Origin: Lama glama
Lineage: Eukaryota
Direction of reading: 5' to 3'
Length of the DNA stretch: 64,000 bases
Assembly: GCA_028534125.1 (NCBI GenBank)
Contig: CM052816.1
Span: forward strand, 72,046,001-72,110,000
Shown piece by piece: positions 39,776 to 53,849 of the stretch. The first letter of the stretch is position 1. The number at the start of each line of letters is the position of its first letter. The position numbers were made by a program, and so were the translations under genes. Below the pieces are notes generated by a model. The model had not been told where the DNA came from. It saw nothing but the letters and a program-made list of their open reading frames with translations, and ran no database searches.

Positions 39776-41349
39776 CTATAAAAGCAAAGTAAGAGAAAAT
39801 AATTTTTTAATTAGGAAAATACATAAGTTATAACCTTTTACTTTGGTAACAGTGAATAAGGATGCAATCTTTCTGAGATCACCTGCACGGTGAATTAAAC
39901 ACTAATTATGACAGCGAGACTTCAGAATTTATTACAATGCTTTTTCCTCCATTGCTATTGCAACCTTTGTTTTAAACTAAGTGAACAGCATTCTGGTCTT
40001 CTAGGAAAAATGACTGGCATCTTTAAGTGATCACAAAAGCTCACGTCCTCTATTACTCATCATTGAATGCTCCCACCTCCTCATTTAGACTATTTCAATC
40101 TTACTTTACAATCAGAAAGATTTATTCCTCCAAGGGCATATTAGACAGCTGCTGTAAGGGGTACGATACTAAACTATTGTATTAGGCTGAGCCATACAAG
40201 CGGACGTTGACACTTTCTTTTACAGAATATCTGAAATTACCTTTCTTAGGTGAAACTACCATGGGAAACCTTCTGCTATGTGACCCTTTGACATAATTAC
40301 TGTAAGTCTTTAATACTCAGCTTTGAGAAGAAATGCGCTTTTAGGGATGTCCACCTAAAATTGCTGACATCCTCATATATGTTTTCTTAACACAAATATA
40401 ATTTCATGGTATAATTAACAAGGTACTTTTAGAAATAAATCTATACATGAGCACAAGAACTTTTTGAAGTTGTATCTTATTTTTTCGATTTCCTCTATTG
40501 CTAGGTGTATTCATATTAATAGTTGACTTAAATATGCCCCTCCTTAACATACACACACACAAATTTACTAAAAGCAAACAAAACTTTTTGTCATTTTATG
40601 TAATTAATATACATAAGATAGGTCTAGTTCTTTATCTGAAACTGGCTATAATGCTGATCACTCTAGAGGTAAACTTTGTGTAAGACTGATTCCCAATAAA
40701 TACAGCCCAAAGCTGTATTTAACACAGTCACCTCCCAGCCCCATCTCCCCCGCCAAAACAGCTTCAGGATAAAGTGATTTCAGTTTTAAGAAGTAGACAC
40801 TGAGAGCAGCTTTAAGTGAGGCTTTGGAATGCAGGTGCAAATGTTACTCCTCTCTACAAGTTCACGGCAAAGTTTTCCTCTTATATACACTACTTTAAGT
40901 ATATGTAAGGACACTGCTCTTAACTTAATTATTAGACAAACTCTGACCTCCACTACTTATGAGAGAAAACTAGAGGCCAGATACACCTACTTAATGAAAT
41001 ATTAAAAGTGCGGTGTGAATTCACCTGACTTCCTTTCATTTTCAATAGCATTCATGACCATGACAGAACTCTGGACTAGACATCAAGTCAACAGTGTTTC
41101 TCTTTCCAGAATCCAAATGATCATTCCAGTACCAGCTGAAAATGCTGGGTGTGCAAAATAATAAAATAATAACTCACAGAAAAAGCTAGTAAATTTTAAA
41201 AAACAAAGAAAAAAGTCAGTAAATTAAGAAAAACAAAACAAAGAAAACCTTGCTTCTTTCCTCTACCAGCTCTTATAAAACCAACCAACCAAAACCTCTC
41301 CTGCAGCTTAGCTGACATGTAAGAACTCAAGACAAAAACATGTACGCAC

Positions 41350-41914
41350 AGCAGGCTGGGAAGATGAAGATGAAGATGGTGTTAAGATACCAATAAGCCC
41401 TGAGGTAAGAGAGAGCCTCCTGCCCTCTGCGTTAGGTTCCTTGAAAAGCTCCGTTTTGGATGACTTGGGGGCACTGGAGTACGCCTTGCTGAGCAACTTG
41501 TGGTTCTTCAGTCCACACAACTCCTCCACCCTGAGGCTGCTGGAGTAAGACCTGCTTAACAGTTTGTGAGGCTTCAGGTTGGCGTTGTGCTCACAGCGCG
41601 GGTCTCCAGAACACGAGCGAGTCAACAGTTTATGCGACTTGAGAGTGAGGCAGTCCTCTTGCTTGACAGCTGCAGGGCAGGGACGGTTCAAGAGTTTGTG
41701 CGACTTAATTGTCGTCACTGCCTGCTCAGCCCTGGGGTCGCTGGACAGGGAGCGACCAAAGGTCCTGTGTGACTTTGCGGCGCACACGTCGTCACTCTTG
41801 ACTGTGCTGGAACAAGTCCTCCGCAGCAGCTTGTGCGTTTTGGAGATTCCATCTTGCTCAGATTTCAGTTTGGATTTGCTTTTACCGCAACCAGGGGGAG
41901 GATAACTTGGCGAC
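41350..41914 (-). CDS. PARP8: PARP8 large exon ~12 (Ser/Lys-rich internal-repeat region): (R)SPSYPPPGCGK...TPSSSSSSQPA
   Basis: tcgaag|G TCG CCA ... GCT|GTGCGT; 565 nt, open frame. Confidence 0.96.
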
Positions 41915-42445
41915 CTTCGATATCGAACAACAATAATACAGGGTGAATCATGAGGGTAACAGACCGTGGAGAACTCTTGTCAGGCTCAATCAACTCAACT
42001 CTGCTACAAACACCACCTCTTTTTAATCCAGCCTATCTAGCTAAAACGGAAACCAAAAGTACGTATGGAAAGGTCACAGGGACTGAATTACATTTTTCCT
42101 GAAAAGCAAAAAAGGAATATCCAGGGTTTTTTGCCCTCCTTCTTAACCCAGAGCCCTATAAAGGGCTATGTGGTAGGGAAAACTCCATGTGATTTGAAAC
42201 CAAAAAAAAAAAGAAAAGAAAAAAGGCATTTTAGTAAATTTAAGCCATATAAAGGAAACAAAAACTAAAAATAGAAATCAGTATCTCTTGTTTTTTGATG
42301 GAATGCATGTAACTTGGTCTGTGCTTTGAAGTCATAAAGAAAATAAACAGATGCCAAGACTAGAGAGAATGCTCGTAACTAAATACCCACGGAGTACCCC
42401 AGGCCCGGCATTTAGCAAGATGACGGTAGGACGTCTGTTACCCAC

Positions 42446-42571
42446 CTGCGCAAGGTAGAAAATAAGTGCAGGGGAGACTTCACCTTCTTCTCTGACAGCT
42501 TCTTATTGTGCAGGCAATTGGATTTTTCTTTGCTCTGTTTCCACTGCTGTGTAACAAATGTCTGCATGATT
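42446..42571 (-). CDS. PARP8: PARP8 exon ~11: (K)IMQTFVTQQWKQSKEKSNCLHNKKLSEKKVKSPLHLFSTLR(R)
   Basis: ttgacag|A ATC ... AG|GTGGGT; 126 nt. Confidence 0.97.
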
Positions 42572-45289
42572 CTGTCAACGCAAAGAGAAGTTTGTTATCA
42601 CAGTTCCGAGGTAATCTAATGTCAGATTTCTTTATTTTTATTATGTAGAGAATCCAGTTATCAAAGAAAAATAAATGCATTGTAATTAGGGAGAGTAATT
42701 TCGAACCATACAAGATGTTTTCATGTGCAGGAAAGCATCCTATGGAAAATGTCTTGATATTACTGTGCCACAATTAATAATGAATTACTGTGATATAATT
42801 AAAAGTACAAATGATAAAAAAGTTGGTAAAAGAATAAGGATGTAGAGAGATTCAGAAAGACAGCCTCTAGGATCAACACTTTAAGCTGCGGTGGCAAAAG
42901 AAAATTTTGAATTATTTTGTTAGTGTCAGAAACTCAGGTTTAAAAATGTTTTTGTTAGTAATTATGATTTACAAAATATAATTAAAGTTCATTTCTTTTT
43001 ACTTGATTTGCTTATGTATTTTTCTTCATGAAAAACAGAACAAAATGAAACTACAAAATCCTAAGTTAAAATACACCATGCAAAATTGATTCTACGGAGA
43101 AAGAGGAGGTCAGCAAATTTTATCTTCAGCCAAGCCCATTCCCTTTTAAATGTGCTGGTTTAAAAAAAAAAAAAAAGGTGAACCTCTTAGAATTTATCAC
43201 AAGGCAGGAATCTGGTGACTTCTGACCTCAATATTCTCTAAGTCAAGACCACGACATCACTGCTTGACGGAGAGTTCTAGAATGTCAACTGGATTTAAGA
43301 CACAGCTTTGTTTTCTGAGAAGGGTCTCAGACTGCAGCAATAGCTTTTTTGTACCTCATCTCTCGAGTGGCAATGGAGAAGGGTCCCTTAAGGCTGACAT
43401 TTAAGTAGATGCAAAATTTTATAATTAAACATTGTATGTAATAAATTAAACATGTTGATTTTCTCTCAAAAGTCGGTTCAACACTAGTGCTTTTCATACT
43501 CTTTTCAGTATTTCTAACACAATTGCTTTTGGACCAAGAAAATGGTACCAATATCTACAATTTACAACATACTTGGGTGTACAATAGGAACTTAACATAC
43601 AGATTTTTTTTTCTTTAATGCTCAGGATATCCCCAGAAAGTAGTTATAATTCCACACATTTCACAGGTAAGGTAAGGAAATGAGATCTGCCCAAGTTAGC
43701 CTGGATGGTAAGTGGCAGAGTTGCAACACCTGCATTATCCAATACGGACAGACCTATGTTAGCATGTTATTCACAAGGGGCAGGTGTGACTCAGCACTAG
43801 GCCAATTATTAATTTTTAGAGATCCTTGAAGTCTTGCCAAATTAACTCAGATCCCCAGAAACTACATCACTCTCCCCAACCTTTAGTCAGCTAGCTTAGA
43901 GAACTCAGACGAAAGTTACGTACAGCATTATCTGGGATCTTTTTAGCCACAGAGGTAGTGAGGAAGAAGCAGGTTAAACTGCAGTCAACGATGCATGGTT
44001 CCAAATTCACAGTAAATTCTCCCTAGAGCTCAGGACAAGGGAGAGTTTTTATTTTCAACTTAATTTTTGAAGATTTTTTTCTCTCCAAGATTTCAGCAAG
44101 ATTTAAATGTAACAGTAACATCAGGGTCATCATTTTCCCTGTACCTAACCTCAAATCCCCAGCGACACCATCCTCTGTACCAAACAGATTCAGATTCTTT
44201 TCCTCCCATGAAAAATTGCCATTCCTGGGTGCCCTTCCCTAAAAATCCCAGCAAGTGCTTCTCTGATTCTCCACAGGTTAACTGGAACAAAAAGTGACAA
44301 GTCAAAGAGCTAAAACTGTTTCCACTTTCATGTTACATTAGCATTCACAAGTGTGACTTCCACCTCTAAACTAGTAACTCTTGAACTTGGACACTCAGAT
44401 CCCCCTACATGTTCTTGGATTCAAAAGCAGGCAGTTAACTGTCTCCTACAAGAAATTTCGGAGTGATTCATGTTTCATTTCAGTGGTCATCGGAAATATA
44501 CTTATGAGCACATTTGGTATAATGACCACCCCCTTATAACAGAGCACCACCAAAAGGCTTCAGATGCACACTGGTGTTTGGTTCACCACTGTGCTGGCAC
44601 CAAGAGCTACTACAGTTGACACTGGCTAACGATAGAAGAAGAGAAAAAGACTTCAAGGTAAATATACATTGAACCAGATGATGTCACAGCCAGCTACATG
44701 AACGAAGGATCCAGATCAGTTCCAAGAGAGAAAAGAGAGGACATGTGGGCAACATTATAAATTTTTACACGCTGACTTCAAAACAAATGTGCCCTACAGT
44801 AGCCAATGCTGTGTTCAAACTGTGGTGGTGAGGACAGATTAGCGAAATAACATCTTCCATCAAAGTGAATTTAGTGCATTAATTTGAAATTTGCGTGTTT
44901 TGATTTGCACTATAGTTATAAATTGAATTTTGTTTTATAAATGTGAACTCAACATATGAAGACTTTATACCTGATTTTATATTTGTATGTATTTAAGGCA
45001 ATGCTGGAGATTTGCAGTGTTTTTTTTTTCTTTTAAAAACAACCTAAGTTTGATCGATGTAAATGCAACATAAAGTCAGTTTAAGATTATTTCCATAGTC
45101 TGTGATATGCTTAGACTTTGATTGATAGATACCCTATTCAAGGCTGATCACTTTATTACATCTGTTTTGGGTCAGTATTTTTTCCTTCAGGCTCTTTTAA
45201 TGACTTCACATTTTCCCAATACACGTTCAATGCTGAAAATACATCCCACGCCTTTTTAAGGCAAAGAAGTATTTAGGATTACATGAGAG

Positions 45290-45535
45290 GCGGATTAGTG
45301 GGTGGGTCAAAGATATTGATCTGGAGTCAAATTCTGGCTCTACCACTTTCTCAGTGTGTTACCTTAAGCAAGCAGCTTAATGAGTTTGGGCCTCGGTTTC
45401 ATCACCTAGGAAACGTGGACAGTAACAGTACCTGCTTAATAAGGTTGTTGTGAAAATAAGGGCGGTAATACACGTCAAGCACTTAAAACAGTGTTTGCCA
45501 TATGATAAGCACTGCGTAAGTATCTGCTGCTATTT
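45290..45535 (+). mobile_element. MIR SINE
   Basis: tcaaattctggctctaccact...tgtgttaccttaagcaagcagcttaa...gggcctcggtttcatcacc. Confidence 0.8.
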
Positions 45536-46234
45536 TGTTCAGATTCTGTCTTGTTGTCAGCAACACACAAGATAAAGAGTCACAGAAAAAGTTTAATGAG
45601 TATTTCTTATTTCCTGAACAATAACAAAGGGATTGGGGTCTAAATTCGTCTTCCCAAATTGCTGTATGTTTCTGAAAAATAACCTCTTTATATTTCAGTT
45701 TCTTCTTATGACTTAAGTGTGAGAATGAGATCAGATTTTTAAATCTTATTACATAATTTTAGGCTAGAACTGACCTTGAAGATCACAGGCTACCACAGTT
45801 GTTTTTAATTTAGGGAAGAAACTGAAGTCAACTAAAATTTAACAAGGGTCATGAAAAAAAGTTCTAGTTCATATACCAGCCTTTCCACAAAAACTAAAAC
45901 TTATCCATAAAAGTAAGTAACACTTTTAAAATGCTAAACGGTCAGATGGAAATATTAATAAAATGTTACATACTCTACAAGGTGATTAAATGATGAATAC
46001 AGAATATAGCTTTCCTTAACTTCTCAGGGTTGGGATTATAGATATCATTTCTTTTTCTCAGCCCAAATGGTGCACTCAAATGTCACTAAGGGTAAGAATC
46101 TATCTATTCCTGGATTTTTGTGCTTTTATAATTCATGCCTTGTTTGGACCAATGTCATTTCACCTTAAAAATAAACTTATTAAGCAGCTTACAAAAGTAC
46201 AATAAAGTAGAAGGCTAGACTTCAGGTAGTAATC

Positions 46235-46400
46235 ATATGTCAATACAGAGTCACCAACTGTAACAAATGCACCACTCTGGTAGGAGATGTAGACATAGGG
46301 AAGCTATGCATGTGTGAGGACAGGGGGTACATGTAAAATTCTCAGTACCTTCCTCTCAATTTTGCTGTGAACCTAAAACCACTCTAAAAAAAAAATAAAG
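46235..46400 (+). mobile_element. L1 (L1MC-like) 3' terminal fragment
   Basis: tgtaacaaatgcaccactctggtaggagatg...caattttgctgtgaacctaaaaccactctaaaaaaaaataaag. Confidence 0.75.
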
Positions 46401-47990
46401 TCATTGAATTAAAAAGAATTTTAAAAACAAGGGAGAAAACCGGGTGAGGGGAAAAAAATCATACAAGGGGGAAAAAAAGTGCCAAGGTGAAGTAGTACCC
46501 AAACTTGAATGGCTTAACACAGAGGCAGGCTCCATGCCTAGCTCCAAGATCTGTAAGATACTGGCTTGAAAAACAAAAGCCAACTGGAAAACACACAACT
46601 GACTGCACTGGAAAAGCATACCTAACCCAGTACAGAAGCCTGAGAGAATTTCTCTCATGAGTCCTTATAAAGAAAACACTAAATATAATGTGTTAAACAT
46701 GCATTGCAAATTGAATTTAGTTTCAGAGATATGGAATTCTAAACATTAAGGGTTTATTTTCTAATTTCTGTATGCCCTTATTCAGACCCAACACTAGGGG
46801 GTTTGCAAGAATTTTTCCTTTCAGATGTGATCCACACATAACTCACGTCTGAGCAATGTGAAGTCATAAAAATTTAAGACCAGTGTAGAGCTTGGTGATA
46901 CACACAACCCTTGCTACCACCCGTGGACTTCCTCCTACATCTGTAACCTCAGGGAAAACAGCCACAATAATTTCCCTATTTAGTAAATAAAATGAAAAGT
47001 TTCAAAGTATTTTCTCTTAGAACATTGCTCAATAAAGGCTAATGTATGATGTCAAATTCAAATTCATTAAAACAAAGGTAAGCATGCAGACTGAAACATT
47101 ATGGAGGGCCCAAGCCATGTGTTTAAAGGAAGCAATAATCTAATGATTTCTTTTGACAACTTTACATTGAAGTAACATCAGCATATTCAGAAGAATAAAT
47201 AATCCTTCATGAATTCTCCATAAACACAAATTCTTAAAGCTGGTATTTTGATAAGTGTGAGATTTAGTCAGTATAGCTTCTGACTATGGTTAATGGAGCT
47301 ACATTCCTATGTTTGAAAAGTCAATTCAACTGGGGCAATTTTATGTCTATAAAATATAAATTTGCTCACTGTTAGTCATGGTGCAAATAGGAAGTAAGGG
47401 TTTATTTACAAAAGGAGCGTTTCCAGGCTGTAGGTCTGGGAACCATGCATAGTGCAGTAGGCCAGGGCCCGTGGCTGCTACCACCTCTAGGCCCCAGAGA
47501 ACAAGCAGAGGGACCCATTAAGAGAACCCAGTAAGAGAGTCACGCTAAGGCTGCAGCCTGGAGCAGAGCAGAAAGCTTCAGTTGAGAGACTAGTCAGCTC
47601 CAGGTGACCGTGGAGGAAAGAAACCAAGGCAATAAAGATGCCCATCTTTAACACTGCTTCCTTGTCTGTTGGTCACGTGAGAGACACAGAGGAACAGGAA
47701 CGTGGGTACCAGGGCAGCCTCCTCGCGTGCAAGGCAGGGTGCTGGGGGGAGGAGGGTGGACCCAGCGGTCAGGGAAGGAAACTGGCTCAGCTCTACACGT
47801 GAGCTCTGCCAACTAAATTACGTGCAGTTCTGTGTCAGGATGAACTCCTCTCCTGAGGTGTTTCCTTCAAAAAGCTCTGCTGAATAAAAATGGGGGAAGG
47901 AGAGGTGAAGGGGGGCAGGGTGAGGGTGAGCAAAAAGAGAACTCAGTTCTCTTTAATAGAACTGTATTTTTTATTCATTGGAAAACTTAC

Positions 47991-48057
47991 TTTTTCAGCT
48001 GATGCCCCAATCCAAATCTCTCTTTTGTGGAAATCTGAAAGACATCAACAGTGGGCA
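47991..48057 (-). CDS. PARP8: PARP8 exon ~10: (V)PTVDVFQISTKERFGLGHQLK(K)
   Basis: tgcag|TG CCC ... AA|GTAAGT; 67 nt. Confidence 0.97.
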
Positions 48058-48539
48058 CTGCAAAGGAAAAAAAAAAAATCAGTCTAAATGTTGAGTTGAA
48101 ATGCAACCAGGAAAAACACTGAAAAGTAATATATGTATGGTTACCCATACATACACATTTTAAAATCGTCTATACGCAATCCTACAAATCACTGTTTACA
48201 CTTTACAGAGAGATTCTAGAGACCATGCTAGGCTAGTACATATGTACTGATGTATAATATATGTATATGTAAATGTTTAATATGTATCATGATGACAAGA
48301 ATGAGTTCCAAAAAATATACATGAAGTGTAAATAGCAATGTGAGGTCAGTTTGTGTACTACTCTTTAGGTGGAAGGGAGACACTGTACACCTGTTTTTAG
48401 AATAAAACGGTGGAGAGAAAGGCATAGGAGACTCCCTTTTCACTGCACACCCTCTCGTGCGCTTTGTATTTTTACCAGGTATATGCATTTCTATAAGTTA
48501 ATAACTATGATGCTTATAAAATTGATTACCTCTAGAAAA

Positions 48540-50040
48540 AGTCACTCACCATTCATTATCCACTGGTTTAAAGGCTATTTATTGTGCTCCCACTGTGCCA
48601 GCCACTGTAAGACGGAGTAGCAAAACACACACACAAATAACCCTGTCCCTATGAAGCCTTAGTCCGGCGGGAGAAGACAGACAAAAGACAGAAAAAGATA
48701 AGAAAATAGATAGCATGTCACATGGTGATAAAGGCACAGGGTAAAAATAAAAATGGCTGAAGGTTATAGGGGCAAAGGCTTCAACATCAGACAGAGTGGT
48801 AGGAAGAGAAGGGTCCCAGGCAGAGGAAGCACAGGGCACTGCCCCTGAGGAAGAAGTGTGCTTCAGTATTCCTGGAACAGCAAGGGGAGTGGTGGAGCTA
48901 GAGAGGAGTGGACCAGGTGTCACACCAGGAGATGAGATCAGGGAAGGATCTCGGGCAGTGCAGCATCTCTGTAAAGACCAAGGGCAGAAATAGGAAAATT
49001 AGCTTGTAACTTATTATAATAATTAAGGCAAGAGTATGGTGGCTTGGGTTAGTGCAAGTGGTGAACACTTTGGATTCACACTCTCTGGGAGAGCTGATAG
49101 ATTTTGCAGATGAACTGAATTTGAAGTATCAGAAAAAGAGAGGAGTTAAGGGTGAATCAAAGAATTCTGGCTTGAGCAACCGAAAGGATGCAACTTACTG
49201 ATTCCCGGTATGTAAAAGACTGCAGGAGAAACAGGTTTGGTGCGGTGGGGAAGATGGGCAGCTTGACTTTGGGTATCATAAATGTGAGATACTTGAGTGG
49301 AAAAGTTAAGTAGGCAACTGGATAGAGAAATGCAGCATTTAGCCATTCAGACGAGAGGAAGGAGCTAAAGACAAAAATTTGGAAGATCCAGTGTATGTGT
49401 GGATTCAAAGACACGGGGCTGGATGAGAAACTACGAGTGAGGAGAAATAGAGGAAGGAAGTCTAAGGATTCGGCCTGAGACCTCCAGCCTTTAGATGCTT
49501 AGCAAATAAGGCGGAAGAGGAATGGCTGGGAGAGCAGAAGACTCCAGAATGCTGCTGATCTGGACACATATTCACAAAAGTTTTTCAAAGAGCAGGTAAA
49601 CAACTGTTATCAAATGCTGCTAAGTTAATTAAGAGGAGGACTCAAAATTGATCACGGGGCCATTAAGCAATATGGTAGTCACGGTGGCATTGACAAGAGT
49701 AGCGCTTGTGAAATGATGTGTCCAAAACACGTCCAGGGCTTATTCAAGAAGGAACAAGAGGAAAGAAAATGAAGTAAGTGAGCAGAGACAACCCTAATCA
49801 AGAAATTTCACAGCCACAAGAGGCAGAGTGTTAGGCACTAAGTAGAGTGATCTGAGGCCTAAACGTGTTTAAAGATGAGAGGAATGTTTTTTTGCTGATG
49901 GAACTCTTTTAGGAGAGACATGAACAGTACGAGAAGGAGAGGGAGAACTGCAGCAAGGGTGTCTTAATTTGGTGGGAGGAAATGGCAGGCAGCGCGCAAA
50001 TGAAAGGGTGACACTGTAACAGGAGCACGAGTAGCACATT
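48540..50040 (-). mobile_element. L2 LINE, ~1.5 kb
   Basis: Starts cattcatt...tatttattgtgctcccactgtgccag; purine-rich antisense L2 body (tggcttgagcaaccgaaaggatg, tcaaatgctgctaag). Confidence 0.8.
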
Positions 50041-53000
50041 CATACTAACAGCTGGGATAACAGATGATCAGAGCGAAGGCTGTCTTGTTAATAGGACATT
50101 CTCAGAGCACACATGCTCCACGCCGTAAACCAAGCTGGTCTTCCCAGTTGCCTCACTGCCTGTCTTGGCTGTTTGTCTGGGATACGAACAGCCAACTGAT
50201 CAAAGAAAACTGGGGCTGTATCACCCATTAGTTTCTTTCCTAGAAACATTCTGATCCTTACACAGAAGAGTACATCACTCCAATCCCACGTGTCCCAATC
50301 AAGGCTATAGAAAAGTGAATAAAAAAATCCGAACACCTTGAAAAGTCAAGGGCATTATTTTTTAAAGAAAAAGATGACAAAATTAGAATACAGTGTGCTC
50401 TCTCTAAGAAGATTTAAGAAGACACAAACTCTTCACAGGCACTGGGAACATGGAGGTAGAAAGATCCAAAATGCACTAGAAGAACTGAAATCTTCACAGA
50501 AGGAAATTGTGTAAGACTCATGGATAGACAGAGAAGAGTTATAGTAGACACAAATGTTTATCCAAAATGTATAATTTCTACAAATGAATAATACAAAGAC
50601 CAAAACTTACTCATATTATGAATGACTAGAAAATGAATGTCAGTGTTTTAGCAAAATGATCAATTGTCTAAGAAAAGATAAGTTACAAACTGACTTAATT
50701 AGTAGTATGAAATCTGAATGACCCCGAATTTTGGAATATACTGAAAAAGCTGACAAGATGTTACTTCCAAAAATATTCCAAAATTCAAGTGACTAAATTC
50801 ATATTACTATGAAAATAACACAATTAATTATTACAATTGTATTCATATAAGATGTTAATAGTGAAATCAGATGTAGAGTGCATGGGGACTCGGTACTGCT
50901 TCTGCAATATTTCTATAAATTTAAAAATGTTTTAGATTAATTTTTAAAAATGTTTTCAAAAGTAATAGCTTTCTGATAACCAATAATATTCAGTTCGAAA
51001 GTAAACTGGAATACTTAAGTCCCATTAAGCAAACAAGTAGTAAACAAATATTCAGAAAGAAATTTAGCTAAAATTAGTGATCTAAGGCAAAAACAAAACC
51101 AAAAGACAGAAACACAGAACATAGAAAAGTAGAAATTACAAACAGATGTTCCTTTACAGGAAAAGTCATAAATATTATAGAAATGTCTATTCTTCCTAAA
51201 CATTTGAATGTTTGCCTCTACCAAATTTCCCAACAGAATGAGAAAAATATACTAGCATAATATTTTCATGTGTTAAAAAAGGCAAAAGTTATTCAGTTCC
51301 TCCTTGTCTCTCATAATTTAGGTTGGGAAGGCAGTAAGTGAGGATCATTCAAGATATGTGGAAATTATTCCAACACTCTGATCATGTAAATGGAGGGGTA
51401 CCAATAATGAGCTGATTTGCACAGGCAAATATTTTTAATAATGTTAGTTGTTTATCACTTTAAACTAAAAGCAGCCCTGTCCTTGAGAAACTAAACTTAC
51501 ATACCAGTAATTCTGGAAAAAATATATAGCATCATAAGAGTCATAACCATTGTGTCTTTTTATTTAAAGTCTATTTCCCCATGTACAATAGAAATAATCT
51601 TCAGATCTTTAACTTCAAAGTGGGTAAGGAAGTATATTTCTCCAATTCTTATCATTCTTGGTCACTCACAGATAGACTGTCAGATTAGCCCTATCCAGAT
51701 ATGACAGTTCACGTAAGTATTACTTACACATTCCCCAAGCCCTAGGAATAAATGCTCTTCAAGAAGAACTGTTAACTAGGTCAGTCTAAACCTTGGATTA
51801 GTCATACATTTTCTGCAAGTTCATTTTACTATAAATGTTGATATTGTCAAAGACATGCAAAACAGTCTTCAAGAAATATTCTCGCCTTTTTATTTGTTTG
51901 CGATAATCCAAATCATAAACTAGGATAAAACCTAATTATTTTTTCTGGAATAATAATGTGTTCCTTTTTAGTATCATTGTCTCTGGTCTGGTCATATATT
52001 ACTTCGTATCAGTGCCCGTTTTAAATTCTTCCTTAAATTTCTCTGAGAAAAAAAAATTCTTCCGGGAAATTTACTAGGAAGATGGCAATGTGAATAAATC
52101 GCCCTGAACAAGCGTCATCATAATCAGTGCATTTTAGAAATTGGAGAAAACCAGCGAGAGGACCAGAAAGTTGGAATAATGCCATCCCCATGTGAGAGAA
52201 ATTTCCAGCAAATTTCACTACAAATGGAACAGATGGAACTAATCTTAAGGGGCCCTAAAGGGCTGACTCAAAACTCCCCATTCTATGAAAGATGAGAAAG
52301 CCAAAGGCAGACTACCATGACACATCTCAAAATAAAGGAGCAGATGAACGGAGAAGCAGAGTTCTGCTCTGCTCCAGAGCAGTTCGGTGAAGGGATGGCC
52401 TCCTGGAGCCGACGCTCACCCGCTTCTTACCCTGGACCACCAACGTATGTTATGTTCTCTTAGAAGCAGACCCTGAGTGAAGATTTGAGGCCAAATCATT
52501 CACCGCAGGACTGCTCCCAGGAGATGGGAGGAAGGGAGAAAAGATTTTTAAAACGGGAAAAGCAAAGCAAGGATTCAAATTCAGATCAAGCCCCAGCTTC
52601 AGCCTGGTCCTGTGGGTAACAGGGGAGCATAAACTACCCACCATCCAGCCTCGAGGCAGAGCAGCTGGACCACTGTACTCCCACATCAGTCACCCCAGGG
52701 GGTAAGGGTGGAGGAAAAAACAGCTCAATAAGCACATGTAACAAAACACAAACAAAACCAAGACAGACTTTTCACAAATGAACAAAATGAAAAACTTCAG
52801 ACACAAACTAGCAGAAGTTTCTAAAGCACTTCCACCTTTTTGGGAAGAACTACTATGACTCCATAAATAAATACTTGGTCAAGTTTGTCTTTTTCACAAA
52901 ACAAAGAGTCATTCTCAGGTATGAAAAATGAAGCATAACCCTCATCTTCCTTGGTTTACAAACTATTAAATATGTAAATCAACCAACAGAGATGAAAAAA

Positions 53001-53849
53001 AGGATTAAATTATAGATGAGTTGTGTTACTAAAATGAATGGCATTGAACAGTAAAGTCATTTAAACATGAATTAAAATATAATTGTTGAAATATTTATAA
53101 CGCCATGCAAATGTGACAAATCTTCAAAGAGATACTGTGAAGGAAAATCTCTGCCTGAAATTCAAGATTATATAAACACATGAGTAACAGTGGTACACGG
53201 CACACCATCATCTCACACAGATGGAATTGGGGTGAGTAGAGATAAAACGACCCAATTTTCTTCCTAACCCTGTTAATTGAAAAAAAAGAGTTCATACATG
53301 AGGGCTTCTTTTTCTTTTAACCATCATCAGAATAAAATAGAACAAGTACATTTCAAATCACTAAAGAACTAAAATGAGAGATATAGAAAATTACATGGGG
53401 AAACAGCAAAAACACACACCTACAGGCTGGGATATTGTGCAGATATTACAAATCATTCCATTTTAGAAGATTTAACGACTGGAGGACAGGCTCATGACAT
53501 AACATTAAGGTGTACAGCTATTTATACAATTCAATGTCAACTTTAAGACAATAAATCACATGTGCATAGAAACACCAAACTATTACAAGTTTCTCAGTAT
53601 AGAGGGATTTGGAGGAATTCTTCTTTATTACATTTCTATGTATCTGAAATAATCAAAATAAAAATATATAACATCTATTTTGGCTTTGCCTAGCATTAAG
53701 TCCAATCAGTTACTATATGCTATTATATGTTGATTATTTAAGTAGAATACATTATACAAAAATTAAAAAGTAGTGACTCAACAGAAACATTTTCAAAATG
53801 AGGATATATCTCATAAACTTGAAAGAACAGGTTATTTTTCTTATATGAA

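Noticed and set aside
41566..41905. Plus-strand ORFs of 68 and 108 aa
   Set aside because: Antisense shadows of GC-richer PARP8 exon 12, with no independent evidence.
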